A stretch of DNA of 64,000 nt from Desulfuromonadales bacterium (GTDB taxonomy: Bacteria > Desulfobacterota > Desulfuromonadia > Desulfuromonadales > SZUA-540). Location: NCBI GenBank assembly GCA_033549025.1, contig JAWSUS010000001.1:203685-267684 (forward strand). The letters are read 5' to 3'. Shown piece after piece: positions 12,052-20,605 of this stretch; position 1 is the first letter of the stretch; each line of letters opens with the position of its first letter. Position numbers and translations under genes: made by a program. The notes below the pieces were generated by a model. The model had not been told where the DNA came from and ran no database searches. It worked only from the letters and a program-made list of their open reading frames with translations.

Positions 12052-13863
12052 ATGCCTGAAAAAATTCGCAATATCGCTATTATCGCCCACGTTGACCATG
12101 GCAAGACAACCCTGGTGGATGCCATGCTCAAGCAATCCGGGGTGTTTCGTGAGAACCAGGTCATTACCGAAAGGGTCATGGACAGCAATGATCTGGAAAA
12201 GGAACGGGGCATTACCATTCTCTCCAAAAACCTGTCCATCCACCACGGCGGCCTGAAAATCAACATCGTCGACACCCCCGGCCACGCCGATTTCGGCGGT
12301 GAAGTGGAGCGCGTCCTCAAAATGGTCGACTCGGTTCTGCTGCTCGTGGACGCCTTCGACGGCCCCATGCCCCAGACCCGCTTTGTCTTGAAAAAATCCC
12401 TCGACCTCGGGCTCAAGCCCATCGTGGTCATCAATAAGATCGACCGCCCCGGCGCCCGCCCGGTCGAGGTGGTCAATATGGTCTTCGATCTCTTCTGCGA
12501 ACTGAACGCCGACGACAAACAGCTCGACTTCCCCATTGTGTACGCCAGCGCTAAAAACGGCTATGCCATGCGCGAACTCGAAGACGAGTCCAAGGACCTG
12601 GAACCCTTGTTCCAGATGATCGCCGAGCGCGTGTCGGCGCCGGAGGTCAACCCCGACGCGCCCTTCCAGATGCTGGTGACCAACATCGACTACAACGACT
12701 ATATCGGGCGCATCGCCACCGGCAAAATCTTCAACGGCCGCATCAAGGCCGGCAGCACCATCGCCGCCATCGACCGCGAAGGCAAGATCACCCGTGGGCG
12801 CGTCAGCAAACTGCTGGGCTACGAAGGCCTCAAGCAGGTCGAGCTGGAAGAGGCTTCGGCTGGCGACATCGTCACCATCGCCGGTTTCGACGACGTTGGT
12901 ATCGGCGAAACGTTCGCCGACGCCGCCAACCCCATCGCCCTGCCCTACGTGGCCATCGACGAGCCGACCCTGTCGATGAATTTCATCGTCAACGATTCCC
13001 CCTTTGCGGGTCTGGAAGGCAAATTCGTCACCTCCCGCAACATTCGCGAGCGCCTTATGCGCGAACTGCGCACCAACGTCTCTTTGCGAGTGGAAGACAC
13101 GGACAACACCGACACCTTCAAGGTGTCCGGGCGCGGTGAACTGCACCTCTCCATCCTCATCGAGAACATGCGCCGCGAAGGCTACGAACTCTCTGTCTCC
13201 AAGCCCGAGGTCATCTTCCGCGACATCGACGGTGTGCGCTGCGAGCCGATGGAATACCTGGTTATCGACGTCCCCGAGGAGTTTCAGGGCACCGTCATCG
13301 AAAAGCTCGGCACCCGCAAGGCCGAAATGGTTTCCATGCAACCCATGGAAGGCGTCAACCGCCTCGAATTCGTCATCCCCGCCCGGGGGCTTATCGGTTT
13401 CCGCAGCGAGTTCCTCACCGACACGCGCGGCACCGGCGTCATGAATCACACCTTCCACGAATACGCCCCCTACAAGGGCCCCATCAGCAGCCGGAAGAAC
13501 GGCGTCCTTATCGCCCTGGAATCCGGCGAAACCGTGGCATACTCGCTCTTCAACCTGCAGGATCGCGGCATTCTTTTTGTTGCACCGGGGGTCAACGTCT
13601 ACGAAGGCATGATCATCGGCCAGCACGCCAAGGAAAACGATCTTATCGTCAACGCCTGCAGAGGCAAGAAGCTGACCAACGTACGCGCTTCCGGCTCCGA
13701 CGACACCGTCCGCCTGACGCCGCCGCGCATCCTAACCCTTGAGCAGGCGCTCGAATATATCGATGACGATGAACTGGTGGAAGTAACGCCGAAATCAATC
13801 CGGCTGCGCAAAAAATATCTCGACGCCAACGATCGCAAAAAACACGAGAAGAAAAACAAATAA
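12052..13863 (+). CDS. typA: Translational GTPase TypA/BipA
   Basis: [54 protein letters not shown]. Confidence 0.98.
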   Translation: MPEKIRNIAIIAHVDHGKTTLVDAMLKQSGVFRENQVITERVMDSNDLEKERGITILSKNLSIHHGGLKINIVDTPGHADFGGEVERVLKMVDSVLLLVDAFDGPMPQTRFVLKKSLDLGLKPIVVINKIDRPGARPVEVVNMVFDLFCELNADDKQLDFPIVYASAKNGYAMRELEDESKDLEPLFQMIAERVSAPEVNPDAPFQMLVTNIDYNDYIGRIATGKIFNGRIKAGSTIAAIDREGKITRGRVSKLLGYEGLKQVELEEASAGDIVTIAGFDDVGIGETFADAANPIALPYVAIDEPTLSMNFIVNDSPFAGLEGKFVTSRNIRERLMRELRTNVSLRVEDTDNTDTFKVSGRGELHLSILIENMRREGYELSVSKPEVIFRDIDGVRCEPMEYLVIDVPEEFQGTVIEKLGTRKAEMVSMQPMEGVNRLEFVIPARGLIGFRSEFLTDTRGTGVMNHTFHEYAPYKGPISSRKNGVLIALESGETVAYSLFNLQDRGILFVAPGVNVYEGMIIGQHAKENDLIVNACRGKKLTNVRASGSDDTVRLTPPRILTLEQALEYIDDDELVEVTPKSIRLRKKYLDANDRKKHEKKNK

Positions 13864-13893
13864 AAAATCTTTGCTTCGCGTTAGCCAGCGACA

Positions 13894-13920
13894 AAAAGGC
13901 CCCGAATTTCGGGGCCTTTT
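13894..13920 (+). terminator. Intrinsic terminator after typA
   Basis: AAAAGGCCCCGA-ATT-TCGGGGCCTTTT hairpin followed by a T-rich tail. Confidence 0.85.
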
Positions 13921-14122
13921 CTGTTTCTTTTTCGGAAGAAGCTATCCGTTCCCCTGCCAGGCATAATAGTGGTTTATTCTGAAAATATCCCTTTTATTTC
14001 AACCGGTTAATGGCGCACCCCTCCTCTTTTGCCCAACCTTCCCCGGTAAATATAAACAAACGGTATGGCCAATAAAACAAACAGAACGCTAACATATTGT
14101 TTTAAAAAAGTTTTTTTGCATT

Positions 14123-14156
14123 TTTGCCTTGCATTAAGGCAAAGAGTTCTTATAAT
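14123..14156 (+). promoter_or_regulatory. Sigma70-type promoter with overlapping inverted repeat
   Basis: TTGCAT(14129)-16 nt-TATAAT(14151); TTTGCCTT-N5-AAGGCAAA dyad over the -35. Confidence 0.6.
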
Positions 14157-14210
14157 GGACAGAACTTTTGGTAAAAAAAACCAAATAACACCAGACGAAG
14201 GAGAAAAGAG

Positions 14211-14381
14211 ATGGAATGCCCCATCTGCAAGAACACCAAGCACATTGAACTGAACTCTCACCCCGATGGTTTCGCCAAAAATCTGCAGGAATGCGGCGAC
14301 TGCGGCCTGCTGTGGATTCGAAACGGCAAAGACGCCATCATCGTTCGGGACCCCTCCCAGAAACTGGCAGCCAACCAGTAA
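14211..14381 (+). CDS. Small Zn-ribbon protein (56 aa)
   Basis: Below ORF-track cutoff. MECPICKNTKHIELNSHPDGFAKNLQECGDCGLLWIRNGKDAIIVRDPSQKLAANQ; two CxxC; AAGGAG RBS. Confidence 0.8.
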   Translation: MECPICKNTKHIELNSHPDGFAKNLQECGDCGLLWIRNGKDAIIVRDPSQKLAANQ

Positions 14382-14410
14382 GAGGCCCCAGATACAGCTC
14401 TCCCCCACAG

Positions 14411-14459
14411 AAAACGCCACCAGGCTCCCGCTGTAACGGGAAAATGGTGGCGTTTTTTA
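14411..14459 (+). terminator. Intrinsic terminator between convergent genes
   Basis: AAAACGCCACCA...TGGTGGCGTTTT stem with inner TCCCG/CGGGA hairpin and T tract. Confidence 0.7.
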
Positions 14460-14487
14460 TTTTCTGTTCCATCCTGCCGATCGGCCG

Positions 14488-15498
14488 CTACCGGGACGGT
14501 GACGTACCGATAAACCCCAGCCGCTCAATCAGAATCTGGGCAAGCTTCTCACCCAGCTTTTCCCGCGCCAGAGTATCGGCCCGGGAGGCAATCTGCGAGC
14601 CTTCGCGCACGTTCACCCGCACGGCGTCGAGAATCCTGCCATCCGGCTCGACAAACTCCACCTGGGCCGCGGCGGCAACCCAGTTCCAGGGATCCGAGGC
14701 CTTGTAGGCATCGACGCTGATATGCCCCAACAGCCGCACGTCGCCGGCAATCGAAGGGGCCAGCTGAATGCCCAGCCCGGTCAACGACTGGATGACCGCC
14801 CCCCGCACAATGCCGTCGCGGTCATCCTGAAGATCGATGCCGACCTGAATCGTGCCGGCCACTTCATCGGCTTTGGCCGCAATGGCGGCAGGGGAGTAAG
14901 GGGGTTCCGCCACCCAGCCGGAGGGATCGGTGATGCGCAGGTCGGCGGCCAGAGCGCTCCGTAGCTCCAGGGCTTTCAGAGCCTGCAGATAGTGGCCCAG
15001 CGCCCTGAAACGCGTGCTGGCCTGTTCCGCCTGACGGACCTGGGTCATGGCGCTCTGGTCGGCTTCGTTCATCTCGGCGCGCAACGCCTGGCTGGCCTTC
15101 AGACTATCCAGCACAGCGAGGGCATGCCAGGTGCCGGCCTTCTCATTCTGCCAGACCTCGGCGATGTGAACTCCAGAGAGGACTTTGTCGCTGGTGGCGA
15201 CCAGGTCGGCCTGCATCGCCTGCCGGTAGCCGGTACCGGCGACGTTGCCGGCACGGTTGAGCCACTCGGACTCAGTGCTGACTTCCCGTGAGGCAATATG
15301 CACCGTAAATATCTTGGCCAGCTCCGAGCGGGCACGGTTTTCAGCTTCCGCCCGGGTGGAGGCCATCCCCACCCCCACCAGATAGGCCTGCTCAGGATAG
15401 AGCGCGCTTTTTCCCAGGGTCCACTCGGGGGGTTTGGGCGCACAGGACGCCAGCAGCACCAGGGTCAGCAGACCCGCCAGCACACCAGTCCATCTCAT
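14488..15498 (-). CDS. LPP20-family lipoprotein
   Basis: Lipobox LASC; PEW..YLVGVG..AENRARSELAK LPP20 pattern. Confidence 0.8.
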   Translation of the reverse strand: MRWTGVLAGLLTLVLLASCAPKPPEWTLGKSALYPEQAYLVGVGMASTRAEAENRARSELAKIFTVHIASREVSTESEWLNRAGNVAGTGYRQAMQADLVATSDKVLSGVHIAEVWQNEKAGTWHALAVLDSLKASQALRAEMNEADQSAMTQVRQAEQASTRFRALGHYLQALKALELRSALAADLRITDPSGWVAEPPYSPAAIAAKADEVAGTIQVGIDLQDDRDGIVRGAVIQSLTGLGIQLAPSIAGDVRLLGHISVDAYKASDPWNWVAAAAQVEFVEPDGRILDAVRVNVREGSQIASRADTLAREKLGEKLAQILIERLGFIGTSPSR

Positions 15499-15528
15499 GA
15501 TGAAACCTCCTTGAAATACTTGATTGCC

Positions 15529-16812
15529 TCAATAAATCCGTAGCGTCACAAAGCGAACGTCCGCTTCGGCCGATCGCACCTCGCAAATCCAGCTGTCTTG
15601 ACCATCCCGTATTTTGATCTGGCGACCACCATCCGGATCAGGCAAAAGCGCCAGGTAAATTTCAGCCGGCAGCATCGACCAGGACCTCAAATCAGCCTGT
15701 TCCGTGATCAGCGCCGTGATCTGCATGGCCAGGCCGGCCAGCGGACCGTTATCTTTTTCGATCTGGCGGGCCGCCACCTGCTTGGCCGTCGCCCGGGCAA
15801 TGGCCTTGGCGAGGATGCGGCCGTTGTGATCCTCCAGACTGGCCCGGGCCACTTTTTCCACATCCTCAACCCGCTCGGGCCTCACCCAGCCATCGCCCTC
15901 AAGGGAGACTTCCAGCCGCCGTGCCGGCTGAGGACGATCGACAAACTCGGGCAAGGCCAGCTTGACGGGAAAACCTTGCGACGTGGGAAAGAGGGCGAAG
16001 ACCTCCTGCTTGACCGGCACCAGCCCAGAGGCAACGATAACAGCGATGACCGGCCGCTCATCTTCCTCGGCCAGCTCGAGCGCCTCAGCCTGTTCCCGGT
16101 AGTGGTGATATTCCTCCAGCAGGCCCGAGCGTCTCGCAGTAAGTAACAGGCGGTTCCAGAGAAAAACGGGTGCCCTCACCCCATATTTCGGATAATTGCT
16201 TTGATAGAGTTCGAGGCTTTTGCGGTAAGCGATGAAGGCATCGTTATGTTCCCCCAGAGCCTCGTAGATCAGGCCGGTGAGCAGCCGCAGATAGGCACTC
16301 TCCTTGAACCGGTCCCCGCCGCCGAACGTGTCGGCAAAATAGTTCAGCTTCTGGTCGATCTTGCGGCTCTCGATGCGGGCGCCCTCAAGGTCGCTCAGGT
16401 TCAGAAAATTCAGGGCCTTGTAGTAGTTGAGGTAGACCGTTTCGTAATCGGCCCCGCTGTAGGCGATAAGATGATCGTTGGTGACAAAGCTGAGGGTTTC
16501 GGCCGACAGACTGCGGGTAAACAGCTGTTCGACCAGGCGATCGGCCTCCTCGAAGACCTCGTTGCTGCGCCTGTACTCGCCCTCAAGGTGCAGGAGGAGG
16601 CCCTTTTCCATCAGAAACAACAGGCGGTTTTTGTCACTACGGGCCAGCGAGGACTTCTCCAGAACAGTCAGGGCGCCGTCGTACTCACCCGACAGAGCCA
16701 GGGCAGAGCTGCGCTCCAGCGCTCTGCGGTAATCAGCGCAGCCTGTCAGGGCAGTCAGAACCAGCACGCCAGCCAGCAGTGCCCTTCCCCACCCCATTTG
16801 TCCTCGTGTCAT
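15529..16812 (-). CDS. COG3014-type TPR-like lipoprotein
   Basis: Lipobox LTGC; YSGADYE..YYKALNFL..ARIE; C-terminal EQADLRSWSMLP; start trimmed to MTRGQ. Confidence 0.8.
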   Translation of the reverse strand: MTRGQMGWGRALLAGVLVLTALTGCADYRRALERSSALALSGEYDGALTVLEKSSLARSDKNRLLFLMEKGLLLHLEGEYRRSNEVFEEADRLVEQLFTRSLSAETLSFVTNDHLIAYSGADYETVYLNYYKALNFLNLSDLEGARIESRKIDQKLNYFADTFGGGDRFKESAYLRLLTGLIYEALGEHNDAFIAYRKSLELYQSNYPKYGVRAPVFLWNRLLLTARRSGLLEEYHHYREQAEALELAEEDERPVIAVIVASGLVPVKQEVFALFPTSQGFPVKLALPEFVDRPQPARRLEVSLEGDGWVRPERVEDVEKVARASLEDHNGRILAKAIARATAKQVAARQIEKDNGPLAGLAMQITALITEQADLRSWSMLPAEIYLALLPDPDGGRQIKIRDGQDSWICEVRSAEADVRFVTLRIY

Positions 16813-16838
16813 CGCCACCAATACCGCCGCCGGGCCGA

Positions 16839-17441
16839 TTAGAGTTTGAAGCGGGCCCGCTCGACGAACTTCTTGATTTTCTTCTCGCCCAACCACACCT
16901 TGCGGTTATCGGCCATGTCGATCAACTCAAGGTTCACCTGGTAGAAGACGACCATCTCCTTGCCTTCACGATCGACAATGGAGTTGATGGAGCCGATGAG
17001 CATGAAATCCGCGCCGGCTTCCATGCCCGGTGCCTTGCGCGTCTCCGGCGAGGCGTGAATATCCTGGTCGAGACGCTCCTCGCGCACCCCCTCGCGCTCT
17101 TCAGAAGAGGCGACAAAATTGGCCCGGCCCGAGTTGATCAGCGCCCTTTCCAGGTCTTTGGTGAAGGTTTCCGTGCTGATATGTTCCGACGAACGATTGC
17201 GAACCTGGCCGACGATAATGTCGGGGGTCTTGCCGGTGCGGGTCACAAATTGCGACAGCCAGGGCCTGTTCAGGCAATCCTGCACCATGGCTTCGGCCAC
17301 CAGACGGCTGTCCGTATCGTTCCAGCGACCCGACAGGTCCCGTACTTCATCCGTATCGATGCGGGTCACCTTGGTGCCGCAGCCGACCAGTCCCAGAAAC
17401 AACACCAGCAGAATAAAGTGAAAAAAGCGCCATCGAATCAT
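16839..17441 (-). CDS. lpoB: Penicillin-binding protein activator LpoB family lipoprotein
   Basis: Lipobox LVGC; DLSGRWNDTDSRLVA, VRNRSSEHI, GADFML.GSI, YQVNLELID...VW. Confidence 0.8.
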   Translation of the reverse strand: MIRWRFFHFILLVLFLGLVGCGTKVTRIDTDEVRDLSGRWNDTDSRLVAEAMVQDCLNRPWLSQFVTRTGKTPDIIVGQVRNRSSEHISTETFTKDLERALINSGRANFVASSEEREGVREERLDQDIHASPETRKAPGMEAGADFMLIGSINSIVDREGKEMVVFYQVNLELIDMADNRKVWLGEKKIKKFVERARFKL

Positions 17442-17446
17442 TTATT

Positions 17447-18004
17447 CTATCTCCTTCCCTCTTCCAGACGGATCTCGTCAAAAGCCTTCTCGGCATTGGA
17501 ATGGACAAATCCCCGCAGGTCGGGATCCATCTCCTTCATCTGCTCCAGGGTCGCCTTGACGCCATCCAGATCGAGGCGGACCAGGGAGTAGATGGTGTTG
17601 GTCTCGGGGTCCTTCCAGCGGTCAACGACCTTCGCCCCCTTGACCGACACCTGGGTAAAGGTCTTGAGACTCTGCTCCACGTGCTGGGACTCCATCTCCT
17701 GCCGCCCCATGGCCGCCGCCGTCGAAGTCTGATAATCGCGATAGAGGTTGGCTACATAGGTATCGAGCTGCTTGGCGATATCGGCCCGAGCCCGCTGATC
17801 GGCGGTCTGCACCGCCAGCGTCTGGCTGGAAATGCCGGCCACGGCGCCGACACCGTAGAAGACCCGGTCGCCTTCCTTCTCAAAGGCGCCGCTCCCCTGG
17901 TTGACCCAGTCGGGACCACCGGCCACGAGTTTGTGTTTGCTGCTGCAGGCGACCAGTGACAGCAACGCCAGAATAACCACCATTGTCCTGAGAAAAATTT
18001 TCAT
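17447..18004 (-). CDS. LPP20-family lipoprotein
   Basis: Lipobox LVAC; PDWV..FYGVG..ADQRARADIA..GAKVVDRW; first gene of the operon. Confidence 0.8.
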   Translation of the reverse strand: MKIFLRTMVVILALLSLVACSSKHKLVAGGPDWVNQGSGAFEKEGDRVFYGVGAVAGISSQTLAVQTADQRARADIAKQLDTYVANLYRDYQTSTAAAMGRQEMESQHVEQSLKTFTQVSVKGAKVVDRWKDPETNTIYSLVRLDLDGVKATLEQMKEMDPDLRGFVHSNAEKAFDEIRLEEGRR

Positions 18005-18194
18005 CCTGATAACTCCTTTTACCCTTAAAACGAACCACGGCTGAAAAACATCCGCAACAGGGAGTATCCCTTTGACATTATGGAAGTCTAGCAGGAATAC
18101 CTGGAATTATCATGGGAAAAATGGTATGACACCCTACCAGAAATTGATGCCCGCCCCGTCCTCACAGACCTTTTCACCCCGAGGAGATTACGCC

Positions 18195-19322
18195 ATGACC
18201 GCTGCCTTTTTTTCGCCATTTCGCCTTAAAAACCTGGAGCTCACCAACCGCTTCGTCCGCAGTGCCACATGGGAAGGGATGTGCGACGAAAAGGGCGAGC
18301 CTGGCAAGAAGCTGGAAGATTATTACCGGCAACTGGTACGTGGAGGCGTTGGCCTGATTATCTCGGGATACACCTTCGTCCGGGCCGACGGCAAACAGCT
18401 GCCGGGCAAGATGGGCATCGACCGTGACGCCCTGCTGCCGGCGCTGCGAAGCCTTACCGATGCCGTGCATGACGAAGGTGGTCTGCTGCTGTGCCAGTTG
18501 GTTCACGCCGGTGGGCAGACCAGCAGCAAGACCATCGGCACCATGCCGCTAGCACCTTCAGCCATCGATTTTCCCAGCTACGGCGAGACGCCGCGTGAAA
18601 TGACCCAGGCAGATATCCGCAGCCTCGTGACGGCTTTTGCCGAGGGAGCGACCCGGGCCCAAAAGGCCGGCTTTGACGGCATTCAACTGCACGGCGCCCA
18701 CGGCTATCTCATCCACCAGTTTCTTTCCCCCCTGACCAACCAGCGCCAGGACGAATACGGCGGCGACCTGGAAAACCGCAGCCGTTTCCTCTTTGAAGTC
18801 TATGCGGCGGTGCGTGAGGCCGTGGGGGTTGATTTCCCGGTAACCATCAAGCTGACGGCGGCGGACAACCTCCCGGAGGGCTTTACGGTTGAAGACGCGG
18901 TGAAGGTAGCTCAAAAGCTGGATTCCCTGGGCATTGACGCCATTGAGGTCAGCTCCGGCAGCGCCGCATCCGGAGCCGAATCCCCCGTGCGTCAGGGAAT
19001 CGACACACCAGCGGACGAAGCCTACAACGCTTCCTTCGCCCGCCGCATCAAAGAGGGTGTTTCCGTTCCCGTCATGGTGGTTGGCGGCCTGCGCTCCTGT
19101 GCCGTCATGAAACACCTCCTGGAAAATGGCGACGCTGATCTCTTTTCGCTGAGCCGCCCCCTGATCCGCGAACCCGCTCTGATCCGGCGCTGGCAGCAGA
19201 ACGAGGACCACCGGGCCACCTGCATTTCGTGCAATGGCTGTTTTCGTCCCGGCCTCAAGGAAGGGGGCATCGACTGTGTCGTCGAGAGGATCGAAGAGAA
19301 AAATCGTAGCCCCGTCATCTGA
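18195..19322 (+). CDS. NADH:flavin oxidoreductase (Old Yellow Enzyme family)
   Basis: NRFVRSAT, QLVHAG, GFDGIQLHGAHGYL, SRPLIREP, CISCNGC; GAGGAG RBS before MTAAF. Confidence 0.93.
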   Translation: MTAAFFSPFRLKNLELTNRFVRSATWEGMCDEKGEPGKKLEDYYRQLVRGGVGLIISGYTFVRADGKQLPGKMGIDRDALLPALRSLTDAVHDEGGLLLCQLVHAGGQTSSKTIGTMPLAPSAIDFPSYGETPREMTQADIRSLVTAFAEGATRAQKAGFDGIQLHGAHGYLIHQFLSPLTNQRQDEYGGDLENRSRFLFEVYAAVREAVGVDFPVTIKLTAADNLPEGFTVEDAVKVAQKLDSLGIDAIEVSSGSAASGAESPVRQGIDTPADEAYNASFARRIKEGVSVPVMVVGGLRSCAVMKHLLENGDADLFSLSRPLIREPALIRRWQQNEDHRATCISCNGCFRPGLKEGGIDCVVERIEEKNRSPVI

Positions 19323-19350
19323 ACCGCATCATGCGACCGTGGCTTTGGAC

Positions 19351-19379
19351 TTGAAAAAAGGGAAGGTTGCGACTATATT
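19351..19379 (+). promoter_or_regulatory. Candidate sigma70 promoter
   Basis: TTGAAA-17 nt-TATATT about 50 nt upstream of amrA. Confidence 0.5.
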
Positions 19380-19429
19380 GGCGCCGACTTTGACGCCCAA
19401 AACGATGATTCGGTTTGTCGGGAGGTTAT

Positions 19430-19981
19430 GTGGAAAAAGAACTCAATGCCAAAGAGAAAGAGACCTTGCTTGCCATCGCCCGCAAGGCGATTGAAACCTA
19501 TGTCCGCACCGGCGAAACCTACGTCGAGCCCCGCGAGGAAAAGATTCTCAATCGGCGCAACGGCTGTTTTGTCACCATCAAGCAGAAGGGCCAGCTAAGG
19601 GGCTGTATCGGCAACTTTCAATCCGAGTTGCCCCTTTTCAAGGAAGTTGTCGAAATCGCCATCTCTTCGGCGACCCGCGATCCCCGTTTCTATCCCATTA
19701 AAGAAGAGGATCTTGACGATTTCTCCCTGGAAATCTCGGTGCTATCTCCCTTGAAAAAAATCGAGGATATTTCGGAAATCGAAGTCGGCAAACACGGCAT
19801 CTACCTGGAAAAAGGCTACTATCGGGGGGTCCTGCTCCCCCAGGTGGCAACTGAGCATGGCTGGGACCGCGATACTTTCCTCAAGCAGACCTGCATCAAG
19901 GCGGGCCTGCCGCCGGAAGCCGCCAAAGCCGAAGACACCGAAATCTACATCTTCAGCGCCCAGGTTTTCGGCGAAGACTAA
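19430..19981 (+). CDS. amrA: AMMECR1-domain protein (AmmeMemoRadiSam protein A)
   Basis: GCFVTI..LRGCIG..RDPRF..EISVLS..GVLLPQVA; GTG start after GGAGG. Confidence 0.9.
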   Translation: MEKELNAKEKETLLAIARKAIETYVRTGETYVEPREEKILNRRNGCFVTIKQKGQLRGCIGNFQSELPLFKEVVEIAISSATRDPRFYPIKEEDLDDFSLEISVLSPLKKIEDISEIEVGKHGIYLEKGYYRGVLLPQVATEHGWDRDTFLKQTCIKAGLPPEAAKAEDTEIYIFSAQVFGED

Positions 19982-19985
19982 ACGC

Positions 19986-20021
19986 AAAAAAACGGCCTCT
20001 TAAGTGGGGCCGTTTTTTTTT
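19986..20021. terminator. Bidirectional intrinsic terminator
   Basis: AAAAAAACGGCCTC...GGGGCCGTTTTTTT between convergent genes. Confidence 0.85.
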
Positions 20022-20038
20022 GCAACACCTCAAAACCA

Positions 20039-20587
20039 TCAACCATCCTTGAACAGGTCGCTGGGAGCAGCCTTCTGCTGTCCCTTCTGCACGCCGGGCG
20101 AACTCGAAGCCCTGTAAACGAATTCCCAGTCCCGGTATGCCGCCTTCCCCTTGAACCCGCTGTTCTCTTCTGAAAAGTTGTCCTGCTGGAAGGGCTTCAG
20201 GCTGCTGGAACTGCGCACCCCCATGATGCGACCGCCGGGATCTCTGATCAGCACCCATTCCCCCCCTGTCATCGGCTCCGGATAGAGCCGGCGGATGTGG
20301 CGCCGGATTTCGAGGCTGCGCGGATCTTTGAGCAAATCGTCCAGCGTATTGGGATAACTTCTCGCCTGCGGCCTCTGCCCTGCTCCGCTGGAAAAGAGGT
20401 AATAACTGCCAATCGCCTTACGGTACTGCTCCCCCCGCCACAGCAGCTCTTTTTCCCGCGCCTGCTGCACAACCGTCTTCCAGCTTGAGCCCGCCAGGCC
20501 GGCGGTCAATCCCACCACCGTCACCATGACCAGAACCATCATCAGCGTCAGGCCGCGCTGGTTTTTCAGAGGCTGCAAAAAGATCAT
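20039..20587 (-). CDS. Type II secretion minor pseudopilin (lacks Glu5, GspK-like N-terminus)
   Basis: NQRG/LTLMMVL prepilin site; REKELL..G..YRKAI..YP.TLDDLL.DPR..RRLYPEPMTG. Confidence 0.8.
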   Translation of the reverse strand: MIFLQPLKNQRGLTLMMVLVMVTVVGLTAGLAGSSWKTVVQQAREKELLWRGEQYRKAIGSYYLFSSGAGQRPQARSYPNTLDDLLKDPRSLEIRRHIRRLYPEPMTGGEWVLIRDPGGRIMGVRSSSSLKPFQQDNFSEENSGFKGKAAYRDWEFVYRASSSPGVQKGQQKAAPSDLFKDG

Positions 20588-20605
20588 TCTTCGCTCACCA
20601 GGTCA

